This document shows positions 27,858 through 37,317 of a stretch of DNA of 64,000 nt, in pieces (the first letter of the stretch is position 1; every line of letters starts with the position of its first letter). The DNA comes from Candidatus Multivorans sp. GTDB taxonomy: Bacteria > Acidobacteriota > Thermoanaerobaculia > Multivoradales > Multivoraceae. Below the pieces are notes generated by a model. It was not told where the DNA came from, searched no databases, and saw only the letters and a program-made list of their open reading frames with translations. The position numbers and the translations under genes were made by a program. The stretch covers positions 2,080,001 to 2,144,000 of the forward strand of contig OZ251997.1 of the NCBI GenBank assembly GCA_965247095.1. The letters run 5' to 3'.

Positions 27858-27889
27858 AGGCTAGCAGCCGACGGGCCGGCTGCTAGCCT
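27858..27889. promoter_or_regulatory. Perfect 13-bp inverted repeat giving back-to-back extended -10 elements between divergent genes
   Basis: AGGCTAGCAGCCG-ACGGGC-CGGCTGCTAGCCT; each strand reads TGC-TAGCCT 8-12 nt before an ATG. Confidence 0.6.
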
Positions 27890-27901
27890 CGGCAACCGCT
27901 C

Positions 27902-30811
27902 ATGCGAACGCTGAACAAGACAATGCGTACCGCCGTTCTGGCCGCCGCGCTGGCGGCGGTCCCCGCTACGCCGACTCGCGCTCAGGACGCCGGCATCAAC
28001 GCCGGCATCGACGAGAGCACCTTCCTCGAGCGTAGCCGGCGCCTGATCTACGAGGGGCGGCGCTCAGGCGAGGGGTACTTCTCCGCCGACGGCGGGCGCC
28101 TGGTCTTCCAAAGCGAGCGGCGCCCCGAGAACCCGTTCTACCAGATCTACCTGCTCGATCTGGCCACCGGCGACACGCGCGAAGTGTCGACCGGCGCCGG
28201 CAAGACAACCTGCGCCTTCATCCGCCCGGACGGATCCGAAATCCTGTTCGGCTCAACCCACCACGACCCGCGCTCGGCCGAACTGCAGCAGCAGGAACTC
28301 GACTTCCGCGCCTCGGGCCAGGAACGCCGTTACGCCTGGGACTACGACCCGGAGATGGATATCTACGCGACGCCGATGCCCGGCGGCGACCCGGTCAGGC
28401 TCACCGATGCCCGCGGCTACGACGCCGAAGGAAGCTACTCGCCCGACGGCGAGTGGATCGTCTTCTCCTCCACTCGGGACGCGTACAACCGAGACCTCAA
28501 CGAGCGCGAAGCGAACCTGCTGGAAGTCGACACCGCCTACTTCGGCGAGATCTACATCATGCGTGCCGACGGTAGCAGCCAGACCCGGCTCACCGACGTG
28601 CCCGGATACGACGGCGGTCCCTTCTTCTTCGCCGACGGTTCCCGGATCGTGTGGCGGCGCTTCAAGGAAGACGGCCTGATCGCCGATGTCTGGTCGATGA
28701 AGCCGGACGGCTCGGACCAGCGCCAACTGACCGACTTCGGGGCCATGAGCTGGGCCCCGTACCAGCACCCCTCCGGGGAGTACATCTTCTTCGCCTCGAA
28801 CAAGCTCGGTTTCGAGAACTTCGAGGTCTTCATCGTCGACACGGAAGGAACGAAGGAACCCGTTCGCGTCACCTACACCGATCGCTTCGATGGACTTCCC
28901 GTTCCCTCACCGGACGGCCGCCAACTCACCTGGACCTCCAGCCGGCACGCCGGCGACGGCGGGCAGCTCTACATCGCCGACTGGAACCACGAGGCAGCGC
29001 TTCAAGCTCTCGGCGGCTCGCCCCTCAGGCAACGCGCCGAAGAACCTCGAACGGTCACCGACCAGGATCTTCCCCGTGACGCCCTCAAGGCGCATGTGGC
29101 CGCACTTGCCTCGCCCGAACTCGCGGGACGGCTGACCGGCTCCGACGGCGAGAAGCTGGCCGCCGAGTACATCGCAACGCAGCTCCGCGAGATCGGCGCC
29201 ACGCCCCTGCCGGGCGAGGACGACCTGCTGCTCGACTTCGAGTTCACGGCGGGGGCTCGCGACATGGGATCGTCGATCCGGATCGAAACGGACGGCGCCA
29301 GTCACAGCTTCGACGACAACACGCAGTTCCAGGCCCTCGGCTTCTCCGACGCGGTCGGGGCGGAGGGTCCGGTGGTGTTTGCCGGCTACGGCATCCGTGT
29401 CCCGGACTCCCAGGACTTCGGCTACGACAGTTACGCCACCCTGGACGTCAAGGACAAGATCGCCGTCGTTCTCCGCTACGTCCCCGAGGACGTCGAGGGC
29501 GAGGCGCGGGCCATCCTCAACCGGTACTCCGGACTTCGCTACAAGGCGCTGACCGCGCGCGAGGCCGGCGCCAAGGCGCTCCTGGTCCTCACCGGGCCGC
29601 GGTCGCCGAACGCCGGCGCCACCGTCCCGATGGCCTTCGACACCGCCGCCGCCGGGTCCGGGATCACCGCAGCCAGCATCGGCGGCAAGGTCGGCGAGGC
29701 GATCTTCGCGGGCGCCGACCGGACCATCGAGGAGATTCAGAAGAGCTTCGACGACGGCAACCCGCACACCGCCGGCTTCGATCTTCCCGGCGTCCGGATC
29801 AGCCTGAACGTCGCGATCGAACGCGAGCGGCGTCAGGCCCACAACGTCGTCGCGGTCCTCGCCGGCGGAGAGGGCGCCAGCCGCGTGAAGCCGTGGGTGG
29901 TGCTCGGCGCCCACTACGACCACCTCGGCCACGGCCGCGGCGGCAACTCCCTCGCCCGCGAGGATGAGACGAACGCGGTTCACCCGGGCGCCGACGACAA
30001 CGCCTCCGGCACCGCCGCAGTGATCGAAGCCGCCCGCCAGTTGCGGGAGATGGGACACGACCGGAACATCGCGGTCGCTCTCTGGTCGGGAGAGGAACTG
30101 GGTCTCCTCGGCTCGGCGGACTTCATCGACGCCCCGGTCATCCCGACCGATCAGATCGCGGCCTACGTCAACCTCGACATGGTCGGGCGGGTCCGCGACA
30201 ACCGCTTGAGTATCCAGGCGCTCGGTTCGAGCCCCGACTGGAACAGTCTGGTCGAGGCCGCCAACGTCCCGGTCGGATTCGACCTCGGCATGCAGACCGA
30301 TCCGTACCTGCCGACCGACAGCTTGAGTTTCAACCGCGCCGGCATTCCCACCGCGAACCTGTTCAGCGGCTCGCACGAGGACTACCACCGTCCCACGGAC
30401 ACCGCGGATCGGATCGACTACGACGAGCTCGAGCGGGTGACGCGCTTCGCCGCCCTGCTCACACGCCGGGCTGCGAACCGAGCCGAGCCGCTCCAGTTCG
30501 CCAAGGTCGAACGCTCGCTCCAGCAGGGCGGCAGCCGCGACACCGTGCGCGCCTACACCGGCACCATCCCCGACTACGCGAGCGAGGTGGAGGGGCTCCT
30601 GCTCGGCGGCGTCATGGAGGGCGGCCCGGCGTCCGCGGCCGGCCTGCAGAGCGGCGACGTGATCGTCGAGTTCGCCGGCCAGAAGATCGCCAACATCTAC
30701 GACTACACCTACGCCCTGGACGCCGTGAAGATCGACGTTCCGATCGAGGTCGGCTACCTGCGCGACGGTGAGCGTCACACGACGACGCTAACGCCGCGGG
30801 CGAGGCGATGA
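27902..30811 (+). CDS. M28 family aminopeptidase with TolB-like/PD40 propeller, PA and PDZ domains
   Basis: Signal peptide; GEGYFS, GYDAEGSYSPDG and GYDGGPFF repeats; VVFAGYG (PA); GAHYDHLG, GADDNASG, GEELGLLGS, NLDMVGR, DYHRPTD; C-terminal PDZ. Confidence 0.92.
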   Translation: MRTLNKTMRTAVLAAALAAVPATPTRAQDAGINAGIDESTFLERSRRLIYEGRRSGEGYFSADGGRLVFQSERRPENPFYQIYLLDLATGDTREVSTGAGKTTCAFIRPDGSEILFGSTHHDPRSAELQQQELDFRASGQERRYAWDYDPEMDIYATPMPGGDPVRLTDARGYDAEGSYSPDGEWIVFSSTRDAYNRDLNEREANLLEVDTAYFGEIYIMRADGSSQTRLTDVPGYDGGPFFFADGSRIVWRRFKEDGLIADVWSMKPDGSDQRQLTDFGAMSWAPYQHPSGEYIFFASNKLGFENFEVFIVDTEGTKEPVRVTYTDRFDGLPVPSPDGRQLTWTSSRHAGDGGQLYIADWNHEAALQALGGSPLRQRAEEPRTVTDQDLPRDALKAHVAALASPELAGRLTGSDGEKLAAEYIATQLREIGATPLPGEDDLLLDFEFTAGARDMGSSIRIETDGASHSFDDNTQFQALGFSDAVGAEGPVVFAGYGIRVPDSQDFGYDSYATLDVKDKIAVVLRYVPEDVEGEARAILNRYSGLRYKALTAREAGAKALLVLTGPRSPNAGATVPMAFDTAAAGSGITAASIGGKVGEAIFAGADRTIEEIQKSFDDGNPHTAGFDLPGVRISLNVAIERERRQAHNVVAVLAGGEGASRVKPWVVLGAHYDHLGHGRGGNSLAREDETNAVHPGADDNASGTAAVIEAARQLREMGHDRNIAVALWSGEELGLLGSADFIDAPVIPTDQIAAYVNLDMVGRVRDNRLSIQALGSSPDWNSLVEAANVPVGFDLGMQTDPYLPTDSLSFNRAGIPTANLFSGSHEDYHRPTDTADRIDYDELERVTRFAALLTRRAANRAEPLQFAKVERSLQQGGSRDTVRAYTGTIPDYASEVEGLLLGGVMEGGPASAAGLQSGDVIVEFAGQKIANIYDYTYALDAVKIDVPIEVGYLRDGERHTTTLTPRARR

Positions 30812-30857
30812 CCCGACCCACCACCTTCCTGACGTAACTCTCCCGGAGGAGACGCAC

Positions 30858-32156
30858 ATGAACCTCACGCGCCGCATCCGACTGTTCTCTGCCCTACTCA
30901 CGCTCCTCGCACTCCTGCCCGGCGCGGCCGCCGATCAGGCCGGGGCGGCGCCGCTGCCGGTCGCCGAGCCGGAGAGCGTCGGCATGTCCAGCGAGCGGCT
31001 GCAGCGCCTCTCCGACGCGATGGCCGGCTACATCGACCGCAAGCAGGTCGCCGGCATCGTCACCCTGGTAGCCCGCCGCGGCAAGGTCGTTCATTTCGAA
31101 GCCCAGGGCGACCGGTGGCCGGAAGAAGGCGCGCCGATGACCCGGGACACGATCTTCCGCATCGCCTCGATGACGAAGCCGATCGCCTCCGTGGCGCTGA
31201 TGACCCTCTACGAAGAGGGCAGGTTCCAGCTTCGCGATCCGATCGCCAAGTACCTGCCCGAATTCGCCGAGATGCAGGTCGCCGTGGCGCCGGACGCCGA
31301 CGAATACCTGGGAGCGCCCTACAAGCTGGTGGGGGCCGCGCGGCCGATCACCGTCCAGCACATCCTGACCCACACCGCCGGCTTCGCGAACAGCTACCGC
31401 GGGCTGGCGAGCGCCGAGTACGCCAAGCTCCGGGAGCAGCGCACACCCGACTCGACGGTCGGCGACTTCGTCTCCGCCCTGGCCGAAGTGCCGCTCGAGT
31501 TCCACGCCGGGGACGCCTGGCAGTACGGCCCTTCCGTCGATGTCGTCGGGCGGCTGGTCGAGGTGCTCTCGGGCCAGACCTTCGACGAGTACCTGAAGGC
31601 GCGGATCTTCGCGCCGCTCGGAATGACCGACACCTATTTCTACCTGCCCGAATCGAAGGTCGACCGTTTCGCCGCGCTCTACCGGCCCGGCGAGGACGGC
31701 ACGATCGTCCTCACCGAGCCGCCGGACTTGAACGCCCGCCAGGTGCGCGAGCCGCACAAGTACTTCAGCGGTTCCGGCGGACTCGTCTCGACCGCCGCCG
31801 ACTACTACCGCTTCCACCAGATGATGCTCTCCGGCGGCGAACTGGACGGGAACCGTGTGCTCGGCCGCAAAACCGTCGAACTGATGACCACGAACCACAC
31901 CGGCGACCACGGCATCTGGCTGCGCGGACCGGGCTACGGCTTCGGTCTCGGCTACAGCGTGGTCACGGACAAGGGACCCTCCGCAATGCCTGCCTCGGTC
32001 GGTTCCTACTCCTGGGGCGGCGCCTACTGCACCGTCTTCTGGGTCGATCCGGAGGAGGAGCTGATCGGCATCCTGATGACCCAGGTGAGGCCGTACACCC
32101 ACCTCAACATCCGCCAGGATCTGCAGACGCTGACCTACCAGGCCATCGTCGACTGA
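30858..32156 (+). CDS. Serine hydrolase, beta-lactamase class C family
   Basis: Signal peptide; FRIASMTK, LTHTAG, WQYG, WGGA; RBS GGAGGAG. Confidence 0.92.
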   Translation: MNLTRRIRLFSALLTLLALLPGAAADQAGAAPLPVAEPESVGMSSERLQRLSDAMAGYIDRKQVAGIVTLVARRGKVVHFEAQGDRWPEEGAPMTRDTIFRIASMTKPIASVALMTLYEEGRFQLRDPIAKYLPEFAEMQVAVAPDADEYLGAPYKLVGAARPITVQHILTHTAGFANSYRGLASAEYAKLREQRTPDSTVGDFVSALAEVPLEFHAGDAWQYGPSVDVVGRLVEVLSGQTFDEYLKARIFAPLGMTDTYFYLPESKVDRFAALYRPGEDGTIVLTEPPDLNARQVREPHKYFSGSGGLVSTAADYYRFHQMMLSGGELDGNRVLGRKTVELMTTNHTGDHGIWLRGPGYGFGLGYSVVTDKGPSAMPASVGSYSWGGAYCTVFWVDPEEELIGILMTQVRPYTHLNIRQDLQTLTYQAIVD

Positions 32157-32181
32157 GCTGCGGGCAGCGTCGGGGACTCCG

Positions 32182-33069
32182 GTGGCAACCTGGGCAATCG
32201 GCGATGTCCACGGCTGCTTCCGCACCCTGGAGGCGCTCGTAGACCGACTCGATCTCGACATCGGGCGAGATCGCCTCTGGATGGTCGGCGACCTGGTCAA
32301 CCGGGGCCCGAGTTCCCTCCAAGTGCTCCGCTGGGCGCGGGCGCTGGACGACGAGATGGGCGATCGATTCCAGGTCGTGCTGGGAAACCACGACCTGCAC
32401 CTGATCGCCCGGCAACTCGGAATCGCCAGGGCACGGTCGGGCGACACGCTGGAGGCGGCGCTGAGCGCCACCGACGGCCCCGACCTGGTCGACTGGCTTC
32501 GTCGACGCCCCTTCATTCACTCCGCGCGGATCGGCGATACCGACTTCGTACTGGTCCACGCCGGATTGCTACCGGGCTGGTCCCGGAAGGACGCCCTCGA
32601 GGCAGGCGAGCGCCTGCAGCGGCAGCTCCAGGGTCCAAGGGCCGAGTGCCTGCTGCGTCGCGAGAACACGGGCAGACACCGTGCGGCGGCCAGCAAGGCG
32701 GCCCTGTCCGCGATGACACGCACGCGAATGCTCGACTCAAAGCGAGCCCCCCACGCCTACAACGGTCCGCTCGAAGAGGCGCCCCAGCACCTGAGCCCCT
32801 GGTTCGCCGTCGAGCCTCGCGGCTGTCCCGACCACACCGTGGTCTGCGGTCACTGGGCCGCGCTCGGCCTGCACCTGCGGCCGAACCTGATCGCTCTGGA
32901 CACCGGCTGCGTGTGGGGCGGGCTACTCACAGCGATCCGCCTCGAAGATCGCCGCGTCGTCCAGGAAGACGTGGTCGATCGACTCCAGGCGGTTGTCGAC
33001 ACCGCCGGCTGCTCACCAACGCCCAATGGGGCCTCCAAACCGCCTAAGGGCCGACTGCGGCGTTCCTGA
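32182..33069 (+). CDS. apaH: Symmetrical bis(5'-nucleosyl)-tetraphosphatase
   Basis: AIGDVHGC, VGDLVNRGP, VLGNHD, VHAG, GHWAALG, LDTGCVWGG. Confidence 0.92.
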   Translation: MATWAIGDVHGCFRTLEALVDRLDLDIGRDRLWMVGDLVNRGPSSLQVLRWARALDDEMGDRFQVVLGNHDLHLIARQLGIARARSGDTLEAALSATDGPDLVDWLRRRPFIHSARIGDTDFVLVHAGLLPGWSRKDALEAGERLQRQLQGPRAECLLRRENTGRHRAAASKAALSAMTRTRMLDSKRAPHAYNGPLEEAPQHLSPWFAVEPRGCPDHTVVCGHWAALGLHLRPNLIALDTGCVWGGLLTAIRLEDRRVVQEDVVDRLQAVVDTAGCSPTPNGASKPPKGRLRRS

Positions 33070-33118
33070 GCCGACACCGGAACCGCAAGGGCCAATTTCG
33101 GACAGATACGCACGTTTC

Positions 33119-33149
33119 TTGACAGCAGCCGCATCCGCGGCGGTAGGCT
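33119..33149 (+). promoter_or_regulatory. Candidate sigma70 promoter upstream of the autotransporter-like gene
   Basis: TTGACA (33119-33124), 19-nt spacer, TAGGCT (33144-33149); the spacer is suboptimal. Confidence 0.35.
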
Positions 33150-33403
33150 AGTTGCCGTCAGCCTCGACGGTCGTCGCGTCGTACGGGAGAGGGTGGTCGA
33201 TCAACCAACGATCGACGCGTGTCGTGGCCGACTGTCGCGGAAGTTCGGGTGTCCCTACAGGTAGCTTGAGGCTTCTGCTGGAGGAATCCCGGAATAGCGT
33301 TATGTCTATAAGTTGCTGTATAGTGAAGGGCTACCGGGGGCACTCGGGAACCAGGCATCCGCAATGCTCCCGGATCGGGCTTGACGGTAGACGGATCAAT
33401 AGG

Positions 33404-36400
33404 TTGAGAGCCCACCTTCAGCAGCCAGAGACTTCGGCGCCGCCTTGTCTCGCCGGAAGCGCGCATCGGCGAGTCGCGACGCGGGGCTGCGAGCGGCTCA
33501 CCGGCCTCTTGCTTCTGCTCGTCCTCCTCCTCCTCGGCTCGGCCGCTTCAGTCCAAGCACAGACGATTTCCATCGTAGGAGGGTCCGGCGACGAGCGAAC
33601 CGGCGTGCCGCTCACGGTCACGCTGAATCGCAGCTCTCAGAGCGGCGAAGTCCGCGTCCGGTACAAAGCCGACAACGGCCCAACGGCTCGAAGAACACCG
33701 ATTGCGAGCTCACGCAGTGTCACTCCCGGCGCAGACCTGTGCACACAGCCGGACGTGTTCGGTTACTACGGCCACTTCGAGTACCAGAGCGGGCAACTGA
33801 TCTTCCCGGCAGGAGATGACACGGTCGTAAGGACGGCGACCGTGCGAGTCTGTCCCGGTCGCTGCTTTCCGCCCTAGGGGTACCAACTGGAGTTCGTACT
33901 CCTTGACGACGGAGGAGTCACGCCCGATCAACGCACCGCCCTCGGAACGATTCTGCCGCTTCCGAATCAACCAACGCCCTGCACACCCCGTGTGATCGGT
34001 GGCGACGGCGGCGGCGGTGATGGCGGCGGCGGCGGTGATGACGGCGAGGGTGACGGCGAGGGCGAGGGTGACGGCGAGGGTGATGGCGACGGCGATGGCG
34101 ACGGCGATGGCGACGGCGAAGAGCCGACAGTCCGAATCGCCGACACTGAGGCCTCGGAGGACGAAGGCGGGCTGTCCTTTGCCGTAACCCTCTCATCGGA
34201 GACCGGCGAACAGGTAACCGTCGACTGGGCGACATCGGCGGGCACCGCCACTCCCGGCAGCGACCGGGACTACACCGAATCGAGTGGAACGCTGACCTTC
34301 ATGCCCGGTCAGACCGCCCGCACGATTCACGTCCCAGTGCGAGACGACAAGATTCAGGAGGACGACGAAACCCTGTCGGTTGCCCTGAGCGGGCCAACCA
34401 ACGCCACCATCAAGAACGACATGGGAACGGCTACCGGAACCATCGTCGACAACGACGCTTTCCCGCGCATCCGGATCGCCAATGCCTACGCCGATGAAGA
34501 CGATCGCGAACTGGAATTCGCGATCACGCTCGAGGGCCGCACCACCCGATCCGCAACGGTTGAGTGGACGACCACGCCGGGCACGGCGAAGCCCGACATG
34601 GACTACGTGCCGGCCAGCGGCACCCTGATCCTCGGTCCGACCGCAATCCGGGGAACCATCCTCGTCGAACTGATCGACGACGACGTGAAGGAAGACAACG
34701 AGACCCTGACCCTGACCCTCAGCCGGCCGGTGAACGCGAGGATCAATGGACGCACCATCTCGGCAACGGGCACCATCAGGGACAACGACAGGCTCCGTGA
34801 GCCGCCCCCACCGCCGCCCGAAATCCGGATCGCCGATTCCCGCGCCGACGAGTCCGCCGGCCGCCTTGTGTTCACAGCGACCCTAAGCCGAGCCGTGCAG
34901 CAGCCGGCGACCGTTCGTTGGGCCACCTCGGACGGATCGGCGACGGCGGGAACGGACTACGTCGCGGGGATCGGGACGCTGACCTTCGCACCAGGTGCGA
35001 CTTCGGCAGAGATCGCGGTCGGGCTGCTCGACGACCTGGTGCACGAAGAGACGGAGATCTTCCACATCACACTCTCCGATCCGGCGAATGCAACTCTCGG
35101 AGTATCGAAAGCGTCGGGCCTCATCCAGGACGCCGACGGACCCGAACTCGTCGAGGCCTGGCTCGCGCGCTTTGCCCGCACCGCCGCGAGTCACGCGTTG
35201 GAAGCGGTGGAAGATCGCATCCGGCGCCGACGCGACCATGGCTCTCACCTGACGATCGCAGGCCGGAGGCTCGACCTGTCCAGCGGCGATTCATGGGCCG
35301 CGGCAAGCTCCTCATGGACGGGCCCGGCAACCGGCGCGGGGCTGCTGCCCGGCCATCTTGGAACACCGGCCGCTGCCGTTACGTCCGGTGGGATGTCCGG
35401 TGTATTCGGCGGATCTTCCTCTACGAGTCTGCTCCAACCCCCGACTGGCTTCGGGGTACGGCAGCCCTACGGTGGCCCGGCGATCGGGCGAACCGGCCAC
35501 TCCGGAGTGTTCGGCATGGAGTTGGGTGACCTGCTGCTGCGGAGTTCCTTCCAGTTCTCCGGCGCCACTGGCGGGGAACGGATCGGCCTGGGCCTCGTCG
35601 CCCCAGCCGACGAAGGAAGCGAACCCGACGCGGAAGGCTCCACCGGCTACGGCTGGTCGATCTGGGGCCGTGGCGCAACGACACGCTTCGGCGGCGGCGA
35701 AGACAATCTGTCCGTCGACGGTGATGTCGCGACCGGCACGGTGGGAATCGACTTCGAGCGCGGACGCGTCATCTTCGGCGTCGCCGCCTCTCACAGCTTC
35801 GGGCAGGGCGACGTCCTCGAGTACGGAAACGGGCGCCGGGTCAAGCGGGACACCGACATGGAGAGTTCCCTGACCACCGGTCTGCCCTACCTGCGGGTCG
35901 CACTGACCGACGGCCTGTCGATCTGGGGCATCCTCGGCCGCGGCCGGGGCTCGATGACGATGACCCAGGGCGACCTCGGCTCGGTCGAGACCGACATCGC
36001 GATGAGCATGGGCGCACTTGGCCTCCGGCAAGACCTGAAGAAGTCCGCTTCCGAGTGCCACTGTCTCGACCTGGCCCTGAAGACCGACTTCCTGATGCTG
36101 AACGCCACCGCCGACGAGAGCGTGGCCCTGCCCGAGCTGTCGAGGGACGTGAGTCGTGCACGCCTGATGATGTAGGGGTCCAGGACCACGAAGCTCGACT
36201 CGGGCGCGGTGCTCATACCGTCCGCTGAAGTGGGTCTGCGCTGGGACGGCGGGGACGCGGAGACGGGAGGCGGAATGGAGTTCGGCGCCGGTATCCGCTA
36301 CGCGAATGCCCCTCACGGATTGCTCATGGAGCTGAAGGGCCGTTCGCTGCTGACCCACCAGTCCGGCGAACTCACCGAATGGGGCCTTGCCGGCGCCATC

Positions 36401-36775
36401 CGAGTCGATCCCGGGCCGTCGGATCGCGGTCTCTCGTTCGGCCTGCGCTCCTCCTGGGGTAACGCCTCGAGTGGCGTTACCCGTCTCTGGGAGCAGCAAC
36501 AGGGCGCCACGGCGCTCGGATACCGCAACACAGAGATGAGATCCCTGGCGGAAGCCGATCTCGGCTACCGGCTGAACCTGTTCGGCGACCGCACCAGACT
36601 GATGCCATACCTTGGCGCCGGCCTGTCGGAACAGTCGGGGCAGGCGTACCGTCTCGGTGCACGGCTGAGACTCTGGGAGTCGCTCGATCTCGACCTCGAA
36701 GGCGCGCACCGCGACAGTCCCGGACTCCTGCCGTCAGGCTATGTGCTCGGCGTCCGCGGTTCCTACCGCTGGTAG
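33404..36775 (+). pseudogene. Calx-beta repeat autotransporter-like surface protein interrupted by two in-frame TAG codons (33875-33877 and 36173-36175)
   Basis: Track ORFs 33152..33877, 33992..36175 and 36209..36775 share one frame, and the gaps have no other stops. Signal peptide LLLLGSAASVQA, a Calx-like domain, a G-D/E linker, three Calx-beta domains, AWLARFARTAA linker, and a C-terminal barrel (WGRGA..., GLRWDGGDAETG, GSYRW). Start codon uncertain (TTG 33404 assumed). Confidence 0.8.
33998..34120 (+). repeat. Low-complexity Gly-Asp/Glu coding repeat
   Basis: GGCGAC/GGCGAG/GGTGAT hexamer array encoding GGDGGGGDGGGGGDDGEGDGEGEGDGEGDGDGDGDGDGDGE. Confidence 0.9.
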
Positions 36776-36915
36776 CGGGGTTGGGGCCAAACGCCGAGCC
36801 CGCGCGGAGTTTGGCGGCTCTTGCAGATTCATCGGGCTGCTCCGGAAACCAATCCGGGCGCCGATGCGTTGTACCTTGTGGAGGCCACCGGTTCATCTCC
36901 GGGGATCGACAGGAA

Positions 36916-36986
36916 GAACCCGGGTGGCGCGATCCGCGCCACCCGCGAACCAGTCCGAGCGCCCGTCATCGGGCGCTCGGATGGAA
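36916..36986 (+). repeat. 71-bp double-hairpin REP-like element, copy A
   Basis: GAACC-CGGGTGGCGCG-ATC-CGCGCCACCCG-C-GAACCAG-TCCGAGCGCCCG-TCAT-CGGGCGCTCGGA-TGGAA; 68/71 identical to the reverse complement of 51168-51238. Confidence 0.9.
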
Positions 36987-36996
36987 GGCAATCGAC

Positions 36997-37314
36997 ATGA
37001 AGGACGCATACGCGATCTCGCGGATCCTGCTGGCCGATGTCTACGACGCGACGGCGCACGAGGAGTCGGCCCCGGCGCCGCCGCGCCAGCGCCTGCGCCG
37101 GCTTGCACTCACCCTGTCGACGCTGCTCTTTGCGGCGGCTCACGCGCCGGCCGCCAAGCGGGCAGCGCCTGACGAGGCGCTCGACCACCTGAACGAGATG
37201 ACGCTGACGATCGGCGCCTGTGAGAGCGGCGGAGTGCTCTCCCCCGCCGAAGCAGAGCGCCTCCGCCAGATGAGCGAGGCGTTGGACCGCAGCCTCCGCC
37301 ACGACCGCGGCTAG
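36997..37314 (+). CDS. Small helical hypothetical protein, possibly a divergent four-helix-bundle (23S rRNA IVP-like) protein
   Basis: MKDAYAISRILLADVYDAT...RLRRLALTL...GVLSPAEAERL; RBS GGAAGG before ATG 36997. The family resemblance is by eye only. Confidence 0.55.
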   Translation: MKDAYAISRILLADVYDATAHEESAPAPPRQRLRRLALTLSTLLFAAAHAPAAKRAAPDEALDHLNEMTLTIGACESGGVLSPAEAERLRQMSEALDRSLRHDRG

Positions 37315-37317
37315 AAC

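Noticed and set aside
33139-33150. GGCGGTAG resembling an RfaH ops element
   Set aside because: It lacks the downstream TG of the ops consensus and overlaps a candidate -10 box; an 8-mer match is plausible by chance at this GC content.
33152-33403. N-terminal 84 codons of track ORF 33152..33877 and an AT-richer patch with a weak IHF-like site near 33308-33322
   Set aside because: It precedes the signal peptide and looks non-coding; the IHF match is poor.
33998-34120. Hexamer repeat as CRISPR array or phase-variable SSR
   Set aside because: No spacers; units are degenerate and multiples of 3, so it is a coding Gly-Asp/Glu linker.
33875-36175. Genome-wide TAG reassignment or pyrrolysine coding
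   Set aside because: Many genes in the window end properly at TAG (e.g. 8866, 9436, 17838, 23549, 26228, 36775), and no pyl genes or suppressor tRNA are visible.
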